Positions 41,308 through 51,468 of a stretch of 64,000 bases of DNA are shown here, in pieces. Origin of the DNA: a bacterium (GTDB lineage Bacteria > UBA8248); NCBI GenBank assembly GCA_965219955.1, contig OZ244799.1, positions 1,344,001-1,408,000 on the forward strand, written 5' to 3'. The translations under genes and the position numbers were made by a program. The first letter of the stretch is position 1, and each line of letters starts with the position of its first letter. The notes under the pieces were generated by a model. It was given only the letters and a program-made list of their open reading frames with translations. It was not told the DNA's origin and made no database searches.

Positions 41308-42540
41308 TTATGGACGCTGCAAGTAGGATTCCTTGCCGTCCTTCCTCTTCTTTTGCATGGACGGCAAAGGCGGCTCCATGTCCACCGCCACCCTGTCTTC
41401 CAGTTCGAGGCCATAGCCTTCGAGCGCAACAATCCTGCGCTCATCATTCGTCATGATCCGAATCCGGCGCAAGCCCAGGTCCACGAGGATCTGGGCGCCT
41501 ATGCCGTAATCGCGCAATCCCTGGAACGGCGCGCTCTTGATCCTGATTTTCTCATCCACCTCACGCGCACCGGAGGCCACCTGCTCTTTTCTGGGAAATT
41601 CCTCTCCCATCGAATCGGGTTGTAAAAATACCAACACACCCTTGCCCGCTTCCTGAATCTTGGCCAGCGCGCTTCTGATCCTGTCCGGACAATCGGAGCG
41701 TAAAAGCGCCAGCAAATCCCAGATGGCATTCACCGGCTGCACCCGAATGTGGGTGGGCTCGTCCGGGTTCAAGTCCCCCATCACCAAAGCGGCGTGAATC
41801 CTTCCGCTGCTTTGATTGTGGTACGCATACACCTTGAACGTGCCGAATACCGTCGGCACCTCGGCCTCCTCCACACGCTCCACGAGGCGATCGTGACGCA
41901 TGCGGTAAGCGATGAGATCCTTGATGGTCACAAGGGAGAGATTATTCTTTTCCGCCACCTTTCGCAGGTTGGGCAGACGCGCCATCGAACCGTCTTCGTT
42001 CAATACCTCGCAGAGAACACCCGCGGGCTGAAGGCCGGCCAGACGAGCCAAATCCACCGTGCCCTCCGTGTGGCCTGCTCTCCTGAGCACGCCCCCCGGC
42101 TGCGCCCGCAGCGGAAAAATATGGCCCGGCGTCACGAGGTCCGACGGCCTGGCGTCTTCCTGTATGGCGGTTTGTATGGTGTGGGCCCTGTCGAAGGCGC
42201 TGATGCCTGTGGTGACGCCTTCGCGCGCTTCTATGGAAACCGTGAAAGCCGTGCCGAAAGCGGAGCCGTTCTCGCGGCTGGGCACCATCATGGGAAGACC
42301 CAGCGATTCCACCTTCTCCGGCGTGAGCGCGAGACAAACGAGGCCACGCGCATGTTTCGTCATGAAGTTGATCGCCTCGGGCGTCACCCTCTCGGCCGCC
42401 AGGATGAAATCGCCTTCGTTCTCGCGGTCCTCATCATCCACCAGGACGACGATGCGGCCCTCGCGGATATCGCCAATCGCCTCTTCAATCGTGGAGAAAG
42501 GACTCGCGCCCAAATCCTTTTCCTCCCTCGGCTCAGGCAT
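41308..42540 (-). CDS. ribB: 3,4-DHBP synthase fused to a degenerate GTP cyclohydrolase II domain (RibBX type)
   Basis: DDEDRENEGD, TAFTVS, PGHIFPL, GHTE are intact. The C-terminal domain has RDYGIGAQIL but lacks HSECxTGD and RCDC. Confidence 0.92.
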   Translation of the reverse strand: MPEPREEKDLGASPFSTIEEAIGDIREGRIVVLVDDEDRENEGDFILAAERVTPEAINFMTKHARGLVCLALTPEKVESLGLPMMVPSRENGSAFGTAFTVSIEAREGVTTGISAFDRAHTIQTAIQEDARPSDLVTPGHIFPLRAQPGGVLRRAGHTEGTVDLARLAGLQPAGVLCEVLNEDGSMARLPNLRKVAEKNNLSLVTIKDLIAYRMRHDRLVERVEEAEVPTVFGTFKVYAYHNQSSGRIHAALVMGDLNPDEPTHIRVQPVNAIWDLLALLRSDCPDRIRSALAKIQEAGKGVLVFLQPDSMGEEFPRKEQVASGAREVDEKIRIKSAPFQGLRDYGIGAQILVDLGLRRIRIMTNDERRIVALEGYGLELEDRVAVDMEPPLPSMQKKRKDGKESYLQRP

Positions 42541-43192
42541 AACCTTGCTCCCTCAGTTTTTCCATCGTGACGCCACCATGAGACCTTGATTCCGCGTGGG
42601 GGGCGAGCAGTTTTTCCACGTATTTTCCAATCAAATCCGCTTCGAGATTCACCGCGGCGCCGTCATTCTTCTCCGTGAGTGTCGTTTGCTCGCTCGTATG
42701 CGGAATGATCGACACCGAAAAAGTCTCCCCATCACACGCCGCCACCGTCAGGCTGATTCCATCAACCGCGATAGACCCTTTATAAACGACATAGCGCATC
42801 ACCTCCACCGGGGCCTCGAAAGTGAGCCAAATCGAATCGCCCTCGTTTTTCCTGCTTCTGATCCTGCCCACACCGTCGACGTGGCCACTCACGAGATGCC
42901 CGCCCAGGCGTTCTCCCAGCGCCATGGCGCGTTCCAGATTGCACCGGCCGCCGACGGCCAGTTCGCCCAAATTCGTCCGCCGAAGCGTCTCGATGGACAA
43001 ATCGGCCTCGAATTTTCTTTCATCAAAATCGATCACCGTGACGCAAACGCCGTTGAGGGCGATGGAATCACCGAGTCCCACGCCATCCAAAACACCCGGC
43101 GCCTCGATGGCAATTCGCGCGCCATCGGCGTCTTTTCTCAATGAGCGAATCGCGCCTACGGCCTCGATAATTCCGCTAAACACCTTTTCCAC
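42533..43192 (-). CDS. ribE: riboflavin synthase alpha chain
   Basis: FSGIIE, SIALNGVC, NLERA, GGHLVSGHVDG, KGSIAVDGISLT. Confidence 0.96.
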   Translation of the reverse strand: MEKVFSGIIEAVGAIRSLRKDADGARIAIEAPGVLDGVGLGDSIALNGVCVTVIDFDERKFEADLSIETLRRTNLGELAVGGRCNLERAMALGERLGGHLVSGHVDGVGRIRSRKNEGDSIWLTFEAPVEVMRYVVYKGSIAVDGISLTVAACDGETFSVSIIPHTSEQTTLTEKNDGAAVNLEADLIGKYVEKLLAPHAESRSHGGVTMEKLREQGYA

Positions 43193-44336
43193 CCTCGAAT
43201 TCTTTCCAAATCGGTTTTTTGAAATATCCTTGAATCAATAAATCATCTCCAATAACTTCATGTGTTACATTAAATAACCCGGGCAGAGATTGCAATTCCT
43301 CTTCATCAAGGCCTGAAACCGCGCCCGGTGCCTGCGCATCCCCCACTATCAGGGGCGCCAAAAAATACAAGAGCCGATCCGCCAAGCCTTCCCGAATGAA
43401 AGAACCGTGAACCCGGCCGCCGCCTTCTACTAGAATATGACGAACGCCGCGACTTCCCAATACCTCCAGCATCGGAGCGAGCGAAACCCGGCCTTGCGGG
43501 TCTGCCTGTACGCGAACGACTTCCGCGCCCGCTTCGCGCAACGCCGTTTCTTTGGCCAGGGGCGATGCGTCCGTAGTCGCAACGATGGTGGAACTCCCCT
43601 GCCGGGAGGCCAGGACCCGGGCGTGGGAAGGCGTCCTGAGCCTCGAGTCCAGCACAATCCTCGTCAACGGCTTGCCCGCAACACCACCTGGCCGCGCAGT
43701 AAGCAACGGGTCGTCTTCCAGCACCGTCTCCACGCCCACCAGAATGGCGTCCATTTTGTTTCTGAAATGATGGCCTGCGTTTCTCGCCGCCTCGCCCGTT
43801 ATCCATCTGCTCTGCCCGCTCCGGGTGGCGATTTTCCCGTCCAGACTCGCGGCGGCCTTAAGCGTCAGAAAAGGACGGCCGCACCGCCACCAGTGAAAAT
43901 ATACTTCATTCTGGCGCACCGCCTCCTCGGCCATTATACCGACTTCCACCTCGACGCCACGTTCGCGCAGGTGCGAAAACCCTTTGCCTGATACTTGCGG
44001 ATTCGGGTCCGTGACAGCGGCGATGACGCGAGCGACGCCCGCCTCCACCACAGCAGGCGCGCAAGGGGGCGTTCTGCCCTGGTGGGAACACGGCTCCAGC
44101 GTGACGAACAAGACACCGCCTCGCGCACACCCGCCCGCTTCCCGCAGAGCCAGAACTTCTGCGTGCGGCTCCCCCGCCTTTCTGTGCCAGCCCCGGCCCG
44201 CTACCTCTCCGTCGGCGTCAAGAACAACGGCCCCGACGAGCGGATTGGGGCTCGTCATCCCCTCCGCGCGCCCCGCGAGAGAAAGGGCTTCGGCCATCAA
44301 CTCGTTTTTGCGCTCGGCAGAGAGACGAACCATCAA
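43176..44336 (-). CDS. ribD: diaminohydroxyphosphoribosylaminopyrimidine deaminase/reductase
   Basis: PNPLVG, HAE, TLEPCSHQGRTPPC, SLDGKIA, DDPLLTAR, VEGG. Confidence 0.97.
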   Translation of the reverse strand: MMVRLSAERKNELMAEALSLAGRAEGMTSPNPLVGAVVLDADGEVAGRGWHRKAGEPHAEVLALREAGGCARGGVLFVTLEPCSHQGRTPPCAPAVVEAGVARVIAAVTDPNPQVSGKGFSHLRERGVEVEVGIMAEEAVRQNEVYFHWWRCGRPFLTLKAAASLDGKIATRSGQSRWITGEAARNAGHHFRNKMDAILVGVETVLEDDPLLTARPGGVAGKPLTRIVLDSRLRTPSHARVLASRQGSSTIVATTDASPLAKETALREAGAEVVRVQADPQGRVSLAPMLEVLGSRGVRHILVEGGGRVHGSFIREGLADRLLYFLAPLIVGDAQAPGAVSGLDEEELQSLPGLFNVTHEVIGDDLLIQGYFKKPIWKEFEGGKGV

Positions 44337-44349
44337 AGTGAAATCCCGC

Positions 44350-47007
44350 TCAATGGATTTCGACCGTTTGGTATGAGCCGTGCGTTACGGTCGCCTGTGC
44401 TGCCGCGAGCCTCGCAATCGGCGCACGGTAAGGCGCGCAGGAGACATAATCCATTTTCATCATATGGCAAAATTCAACCGACGTGGGTTCGCCGCCATGT
44501 TCCCCGCAAATGCCCACTTCGAGATTCTCCCGTCTCGCACGGCCGCGCTCGATACCGATCTTCACCATCTCACCCACTCCGTCACGGTCAACGGCGACGA
44601 AGGGATCTCTGGGGATCAGATCCTTCTCGATGTATTTGGGCAGGAACCAGCCGGCATCGTCCCGGCTCAGGCCATAGACGAGTTGCGTCAGATCGTTCGT
44701 GCCGAAACTGAAGAATTCCGCGCTGTCGGCGATCTCTCCCGCCCGGAGGCAAGCCCTGGGGATTTCGATCATCGTGCCCGTGAGATACCGCGGCGTGACG
44801 CCTTTTTCCTCGATCACCTTCTGTGCGATGTCGTGCACGATGTCGCGATTGAACGCCCATTCCCTTACGCCCGAGGTGAGAGGAATCATGATTTCAGGAA
44901 GCACGTCCACGCCACGCGATTTCATCTCACAGGCCGCCTCGATGATGGCCCGCACCTGCATTTCGGCGATTTCAGGATAGGTGACCACCAGGCGACAACC
45001 GCGGTGACCCAGCATGGGGTTTTGCTCTTCGGTCGCTTCCGTGGCGTGGCGCACGGTTTCGAGGCCTACGCCCAGCAGCCTGGCCACATGCTGCATGTCT
45101 TCTTCCGTCTTGGGCAGAAACTCATGAAGCGGCGGATCCAGCAGCCTGATCGTTACGGGCCTTTCTTTCATCACTTCGAAGATGCCGATGAAATCCTTGC
45201 GCTGCATGGGCAGGAGGTGATCAAGCGCATCCCGCCTGCCTTCCTCCGTAGACGCCAGAATCATCGCGCGCACGTAGTCGATGCGCTCTCCCTCGAAAAA
45301 CATATGCTCCGTGCGGCAAAGGCCAATCCCCTCGCAGCCGAATTTGATGGCCGTCTCGCTATCCGTGACCGTGTCGGCGTTCGCGCGTACGCCCAGGGTC
45401 CTGATCTCGTCCGCCCATTCCATCAAGGTGGCGAAATCCCCCGAAAGCTCGGGTTGCTTGAGTTTCGCCTCGCCCAGGATCACCTCACCGGTAGTACCGT
45501 TCAGGGAAATGAAATCACCCTCCAATACCGTCGCGCCGTTCACGCGCATCACCTTCTCATCCGCCTTCACGTTCAAGGCGCTGCAGCCGGTGACGCAACA
45601 TTTCCCCATCTGTCTCGCAACGACGGCCGCATGCGAAGTGAGTCCGCCGCGCGCCGTGAGGATGCCCTGGGAAACGTTCATCCCGTTAATGTCCTCCGGA
45701 CTCGTCTCCTGGCGCACCAGGACAACGGGATCCCCCGCTTCGGCCCGCTCCACCGCATCCGCCGCGGTGAAAACCACCCGGCCCACGGCGGCGCCCGGCG
45801 ATGCGGCCAGACCCGTGGCCACCACCTTCAATTCCTCCTCGGCGTCGATCGTGGGATGCAGCAACTGATCCAGGCTGTCAGGGTCCACCATCTTCAGGGC
45901 GGTTCGCCTGTCTATCACGCCTTCCTTCACCAACTGAATGGCGATCCGCACGGCCGCCGCCGCCGTTCGCTTGCCGTTTCTCGTCTGGAGCATGAACAGG
46001 CGTCCGTTCTGAATGGTGAACTCCATGTCCTGCATGTCTTTGTAATGGGCTTCGAGTTTTTCGGTAATGCTTTCAAACTCGGCGAAGCAATCGGGCATCT
46101 TCTCCTTGAGGCTTTCGATGGGCTCAGGCGTCCTGATTCCCGCCACTACGTCTTCCCCCTGGGCGTTAAAGAGTATCTCGCCATAAAGCGCGTGCTCGCC
46201 CGTCGCGGGATTTCGCGAGAAAGCAACCCCGGTGCCGCAATCCTCCCCCATGTTGCCGTACACCATGCACTGCACGTTCACGGCAGTGCCCCAGTCATGG
46301 GGAATGTGATACAGCCTGCGGTAGGTGAAGGCGCGATCGTTGTTCCAGGAGCTGAACACCGCCTCAATGGCGAGCCGGAGTTGCTCGTAAGGGTCCTGGG
46401 GGAAACTCGAGCCCGTCTTCTCTTTCACGAGGGCGGCGTATTCGTCCACCAGTTCGGCCAGGTCGTCCGCCGTCAGATCCAGATCGGACCCGGCGCCCTT
46501 GCGCTGCTTCATCGCCTCGATCTTCGATTCGAAATCGTGGTGCTCCATCTCGAGAACCACGTTGCCGAACATGTTGATGAACCTGCGGTAGCTGTCGTAC
46601 GCGAAGCGGCGGCTCCCTGATTTCTTCTCGAGAGCGGCGACCGTCGTGTCGTTCATCCCCAGATTCAGGACGGTATCCATCATGCCCGGCATCGAGTCGC
46701 GCGCACCGGAGCGCACACTCACCAGCAGCGGGTTTTCGTCGCCGCCGAATTGCGCCCCCATCGCATCTTCGAGCCACGCCATCTGTTCCTTCACGCCCTC
46801 CCAGAGCCCCTCGGGAAAATCGTTTTGTTTCAGATAATCGACGCAAACCTGCGTGGTGATCGTGAAGCCCGGCGGCACGGGAATGTCCAGGCTCGCCATT
46901 TCCGCCAGATTCGCGCCCTTGCCACCCAGCAGATTGCGCATACCGGCGCTTCCGTCGGTCTGCCCGGCACCAAAGGAATAAATCATCTTCTCCGTCATCA
47001 CCTGCAC
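44350..47007 (-). CDS. ppdK: pyruvate, phosphate dikinase
   Basis: LGGKGANLAEM, VSVRSGA, GGLTSHAAVVAR, GIGLCRTEHMF, GICGEHGG. Confidence 0.98.
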   Translation of the reverse strand: MQVMTEKMIYSFGAGQTDGSAGMRNLLGGKGANLAEMASLDIPVPPGFTITTQVCVDYLKQNDFPEGLWEGVKEQMAWLEDAMGAQFGGDENPLLVSVRSGARDSMPGMMDTVLNLGMNDTTVAALEKKSGSRRFAYDSYRRFINMFGNVVLEMEHHDFESKIEAMKQRKGAGSDLDLTADDLAELVDEYAALVKEKTGSSFPQDPYEQLRLAIEAVFSSWNNDRAFTYRRLYHIPHDWGTAVNVQCMVYGNMGEDCGTGVAFSRNPATGEHALYGEILFNAQGEDVVAGIRTPEPIESLKEKMPDCFAEFESITEKLEAHYKDMQDMEFTIQNGRLFMLQTRNGKRTAAAAVRIAIQLVKEGVIDRRTALKMVDPDSLDQLLHPTIDAEEELKVVATGLAASPGAAVGRVVFTAADAVERAEAGDPVVLVRQETSPEDINGMNVSQGILTARGGLTSHAAVVARQMGKCCVTGCSALNVKADEKVMRVNGATVLEGDFISLNGTTGEVILGEAKLKQPELSGDFATLMEWADEIRTLGVRANADTVTDSETAIKFGCEGIGLCRTEHMFFEGERIDYVRAMILASTEEGRRDALDHLLPMQRKDFIGIFEVMKERPVTIRLLDPPLHEFLPKTEEDMQHVARLLGVGLETVRHATEATEEQNPMLGHRGCRLVVTYPEIAEMQVRAIIEAACEMKSRGVDVLPEIMIPLTSGVREWAFNRDIVHDIAQKVIEEKGVTPRYLTGTMIEIPRACLRAGEIADSAEFFSFGTNDLTQLVYGLSRDDAGWFLPKYIEKDLIPRDPFVAVDRDGVGEMVKIGIERGRARRENLEVGICGEHGGEPTSVEFCHMMKMDYVSCAPYRAPIARLAAAQATVTHGSYQTVEIH

Positions 47008-47066
47008 CCTCCCGCGCCTCTCGCGCGTCTGAGTAAGAGTTATGGATGGCCGAAAACCTGCTCCGG

Positions 47067-49265
47067 TTATTTCGTCGCCCTTAACTGAATTTTCGTGAAA
47101 TCCGCGTTTGCCGAAAACAGCGCGCCCACGCCGGCCATCAGCGCAAGACGGTTTTTCCGCAAGGCGGCGTCCTCGTCCATCACCATCACCTCATCGAAAA
47201 AACCATCCACCACGGGCCGGATTTCCGCGATGGCGGCGTTCACGGAAACATAGGCCTCCTCCAGGGAGGCGGCGTCCTCCGCCCGGACGTTCGCCAACGC
47301 TTCTTCCACCGATTTTGAAACAGCGCCCAGGGATGCGTTCAGCCTTTTCTCGGCATCATCTACGAGAAGCGCCTCATCCAGGCTGTCCGCCGCATCATGT
47401 TCACCGCCCTGATTCGCCTGGCGGATAATGTTGCTCACCCGCTTGAAAGTCGTCGTGAGGGGCTCGAAGGTCTCTTCGCTGGACGCCAGCCGCTCCAGTG
47501 CGCGGAGCCGCGCCCGCGCGTCTATCACGTCGCGCCAGCCCGAGTCGTCACCTGCAGCCAGCACCGCTTCCACCAGGTCGCCTCGCGCGCCGCCGCGAGA
47601 GAGATGGGCGGACACCCGATTGCGAATAAAAACCAGAATCCTCTCAACCACCTCGGCGGCATCACCTTTGAACTTGTCCTGCAAAGGTTCGCTCGCGGCC
47701 TCCACCCATTCGGACAACGAGATCCTGAAGCCCTTATCCTCCAGGATGAGCAAAATCGCGTTGGCCGCGCGCCTGAGTGCGTAAGGGTCCTCCGAACCAC
47801 TGGGCAGATAGCCCAGGCCCACCATGCCGACGATGGTGTCCATGCGGTCGGCAAGCCCCACGATGGCGCCTGCTCGGCCTCCCGGCAGGTCGTCCCCCTC
47901 TCCCCTGGGGAGATAATGCTCATATACGGCGCGGGATACCGCTTCGTCCCTGCCCTCAAGCTCGGCATAGCGCCGGCCCATGACGCCCTGAAGCTCGGGG
48001 AACTCATACACCATGCCGCTCGTTAAGTCCGCCTTGCACAGAGACGCCGCCTCGTCCACGGTTTTCGCCAGCGCGGCGTCGCCCGGCGCGAGCTTCCCGC
48101 ACAACCATGCGCCCAGGCGCCTGAAGCGCTCGACCTTGTCCCAACTCGTGCCCAGCTTCGGGTGATAGACCACGCCCTTGAGCTCCTCCGCCATGTCGAC
48201 GAGGGGCGTTTCGAGGTCCTGTCGCCAGTAAAAATCCGCGTCTTCCAATCTGGCGCGCACGACGCGCTCATAGCCCTTCCGCACCACACTCATATCGTTC
48301 GCCCGCGTGTTGCTCACTCCGATGAAGCAGGGAATGAGCCGCTCTCCACCCTTTTCCCTGAGCGCAAAACACCTTTGGTGCACCTCCAGGGTGGAGATGA
48401 TGACCTCATCGGGCAGGTCCAGAAATTTATCATCAAACCCGCACGCCACCGGAAACGGCCACTCCACCAGGTGCGCCACCTTCTCCACCAGGCGCTCCAC
48501 GGCCTCCGCATCCGCCGCGGGCTCACCACCCTGGGACCCGGCCGCCTCCAGGACGGACGCACGCACCATGGGTACGCGTCCGCCGCCGCTTCCGTCATCG
48601 ACAAAAGGCTCTACATTGTTCTTATGCAACACTTGAACATAATCCCGGTAACTATTGATATTTAATTCATTATTCCCATGAAACCTATGGCCGAATGTGA
48701 CTGAACCGAAAGGCGGGAGCGATGCGTCCCCATCCGATGCGGGGCCGTCGACACTCTCCTGTCCATAGACAGCCAGAACCCATTGCACGGGCCGGACAAA
48801 CGAAAACTTGCCGGCTCCCCAGCGCATGGATTTAGGAGACGGCAAATCCTGGATGAGTTTCGTCAGCAAAGGCCCCAGAACGGTTTTGGCCTCATCGCCT
48901 GGGTCTTCTCTGAAATACATCAGGCGCGCCCCCTTGGGCGTGTCCACCTGCTTGAGCTCGGACACATCCGCCCCGTTCGTCCGGGCGAAGCCGAGGGCCG
49001 CTTTCGTCGGATTCCCGTCCTCATCGAATGCGTTTCTAACGGGGGGACCCAGGATTTCCTCCTGGAGCGGTTTCTGGCGCTCCGCCAGATCGGCCACATG
49101 CAAGACGAGCCGTCTCGGTGTCCCGAACGTTTCCAGGCCATCGTAACCCAGGCGCGCTTCGGCAAACGCCGCCTCGGCCCGCTCCTTCAGTGCGGCAAGC
49201 ATCCCCGGCATATAGGTGGAGGGGATCTCCTCGGTCCCGATTTCAAAAAGCAGTTCTTTGCCCAA
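47067..49265 (-). CDS. glyS: glycyl-tRNA synthetase beta subunit
   Basis: LLFEIGTEEIP, TPRRL, FVRPV, EFPELQGVMG, DPYALRR, FFDEVMVM-RKNRL. TTG start after GGAG. Confidence 0.96.
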   Translation of the reverse strand: MGKELLFEIGTEEIPSTYMPGMLAALKERAEAAFAEARLGYDGLETFGTPRRLVLHVADLAERQKPLQEEILGPPVRNAFDEDGNPTKAALGFARTNGADVSELKQVDTPKGARLMYFREDPGDEAKTVLGPLLTKLIQDLPSPKSMRWGAGKFSFVRPVQWVLAVYGQESVDGPASDGDASLPPFGSVTFGHRFHGNNELNINSYRDYVQVLHKNNVEPFVDDGSGGGRVPMVRASVLEAAGSQGGEPAADAEAVERLVEKVAHLVEWPFPVACGFDDKFLDLPDEVIISTLEVHQRCFALREKGGERLIPCFIGVSNTRANDMSVVRKGYERVVRARLEDADFYWRQDLETPLVDMAEELKGVVYHPKLGTSWDKVERFRRLGAWLCGKLAPGDAALAKTVDEAASLCKADLTSGMVYEFPELQGVMGRRYAELEGRDEAVSRAVYEHYLPRGEGDDLPGGRAGAIVGLADRMDTIVGMVGLGYLPSGSEDPYALRRAANAILLILEDKGFRISLSEWVEAASEPLQDKFKGDAAEVVERILVFIRNRVSAHLSRGGARGDLVEAVLAAGDDSGWRDVIDARARLRALERLASSEETFEPLTTTFKRVSNIIRQANQGGEHDAADSLDEALLVDDAEKRLNASLGAVSKSVEEALANVRAEDAASLEEAYVSVNAAIAEIRPVVDGFFDEVMVMDEDAALRKNRLALMAGVGALFSANADFTKIQLRATK

Positions 49266-49276
49266 ATCCGAACTCC

Positions 49277-50250
<974 letters not shown>

Positions 50251-50254
<4 letters not shown>

Positions 50255-51459
50255 CCGATAAACTCCTTATGCAGGACGCGCACCGCATTCTCGGAATCCG
50301 CCTGGCGAACCACGACGGATATGGAAATCTCGGAAGTCGAGATCATCATGACGTTGATGCGGCTCCTCGCCAAAGCGGAGAAAACGCGCGCCGCCACGCC
50401 GGCCTGGCTTTTCATGCCCACGCCCACGACGGAGACTTTCGCGATGTCGTCATCGCGGGAGATGGTGGCTCCGCCGAAGGCTTCATTCGATTCCACCATA
50501 ATCTGTTCCGCCTGCTGCGCCATATCGCTGTTCACCGTGATGGAGATGTCGGTCAGGCTGTTTTCGCTCACGTTCTGGACGATCATGTCCACCATGATGG
50601 ATTTCTCGGCCAACTGGCCGAAAAGAGCGGCGGCGATTCCGGGCCTGTCGGGCACGGCGCTTATCGTGAGTTTCGATTGTTTCGAATCGCAACTCACGCC
50701 GCGAACGGCGGGCGACTCGATTCCCGTCGACTCTGGAATGATCAATGTTCCCTCTCCTTCATCAAACGCGGAGCGGACGACGAGTGGGAGGTCATACTTC
50801 GCCGCCAGATCCACAGAGCGCGCCTGCAGCACTTTCGCGCCCAGGGACGCGAGTTCCATCATCTCCTGGAACGATATCTGCTCCATGCGCTTCGCGTCGG
50901 GCACAAGGCGCGGGTCGGCCGTGTATACCCCGTCCACATCGGTATAAATCTCGCAGCGGTCCGCTTCAAGCGCCGCGGCCAACGCCACGGCGGTGAGGTC
51001 GGAGCCCCCGCGCCCCAGCGTCGTCTCCTCGTCGAACTCATCGACTCCCTGAAATCCCGCGGCGACGACCACCTTTCCCCCGTTGAGTTCCTTGAGAATC
51101 CTCGCGGGGCGGATGGAGCGCACGCGGGCCCGGGTATGGGCGCCCTCCGTCAGAATGCCCGCCTGCCCGCCCGTCAAGGATATGGCCGGGATTCCGGCCG
51201 CATCGAGAGCGATGGCCAGAAGCGAACTCGCAATGCGTTCGCCCGAGGTGAGCAGCAAATCCATCTCCCGCCCCACAGGCTGAGGCGAAAGCGCATGCGC
51301 GAAGCGAATCAGCTTGTCGGTCTCTCCCGCCATCGCGCTCACCACGACGATGATCCGCTCCCAGGAACCCTTCGCCGCCGACACCCGCTTCACCACGCCG
51401 CGAATCTTCTCCAGGTTCGCGACCGAGGTGCCGCCGAATTTTTTTACGACCAGACTCAT
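50251..51459 (-). CDS. lysC: aspartate kinase
   Basis: [25 protein letters not shown], two ACT domains. Confidence 0.96.
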
Positions 51460-51468
51460 TTTATCCCA

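Noticed and set aside
44380-46620. 746-aa plus-strand ORF (also 36348-38099, 49118-50947, 52327-54102, 61233-62909)
   Set aside because: Antisense shadows of ppdK, murJ, glyQ/lysC, hom and aspS in GC-rich DNA.
48616-48660. dif-like site in glyS
   Set aside because: XerD-arm-like (TTATGTTCAAG) and XerC-arm-like (GTGTTGCATAA) strings are in the wrong order and lack the 6-bp spacer arrangement.
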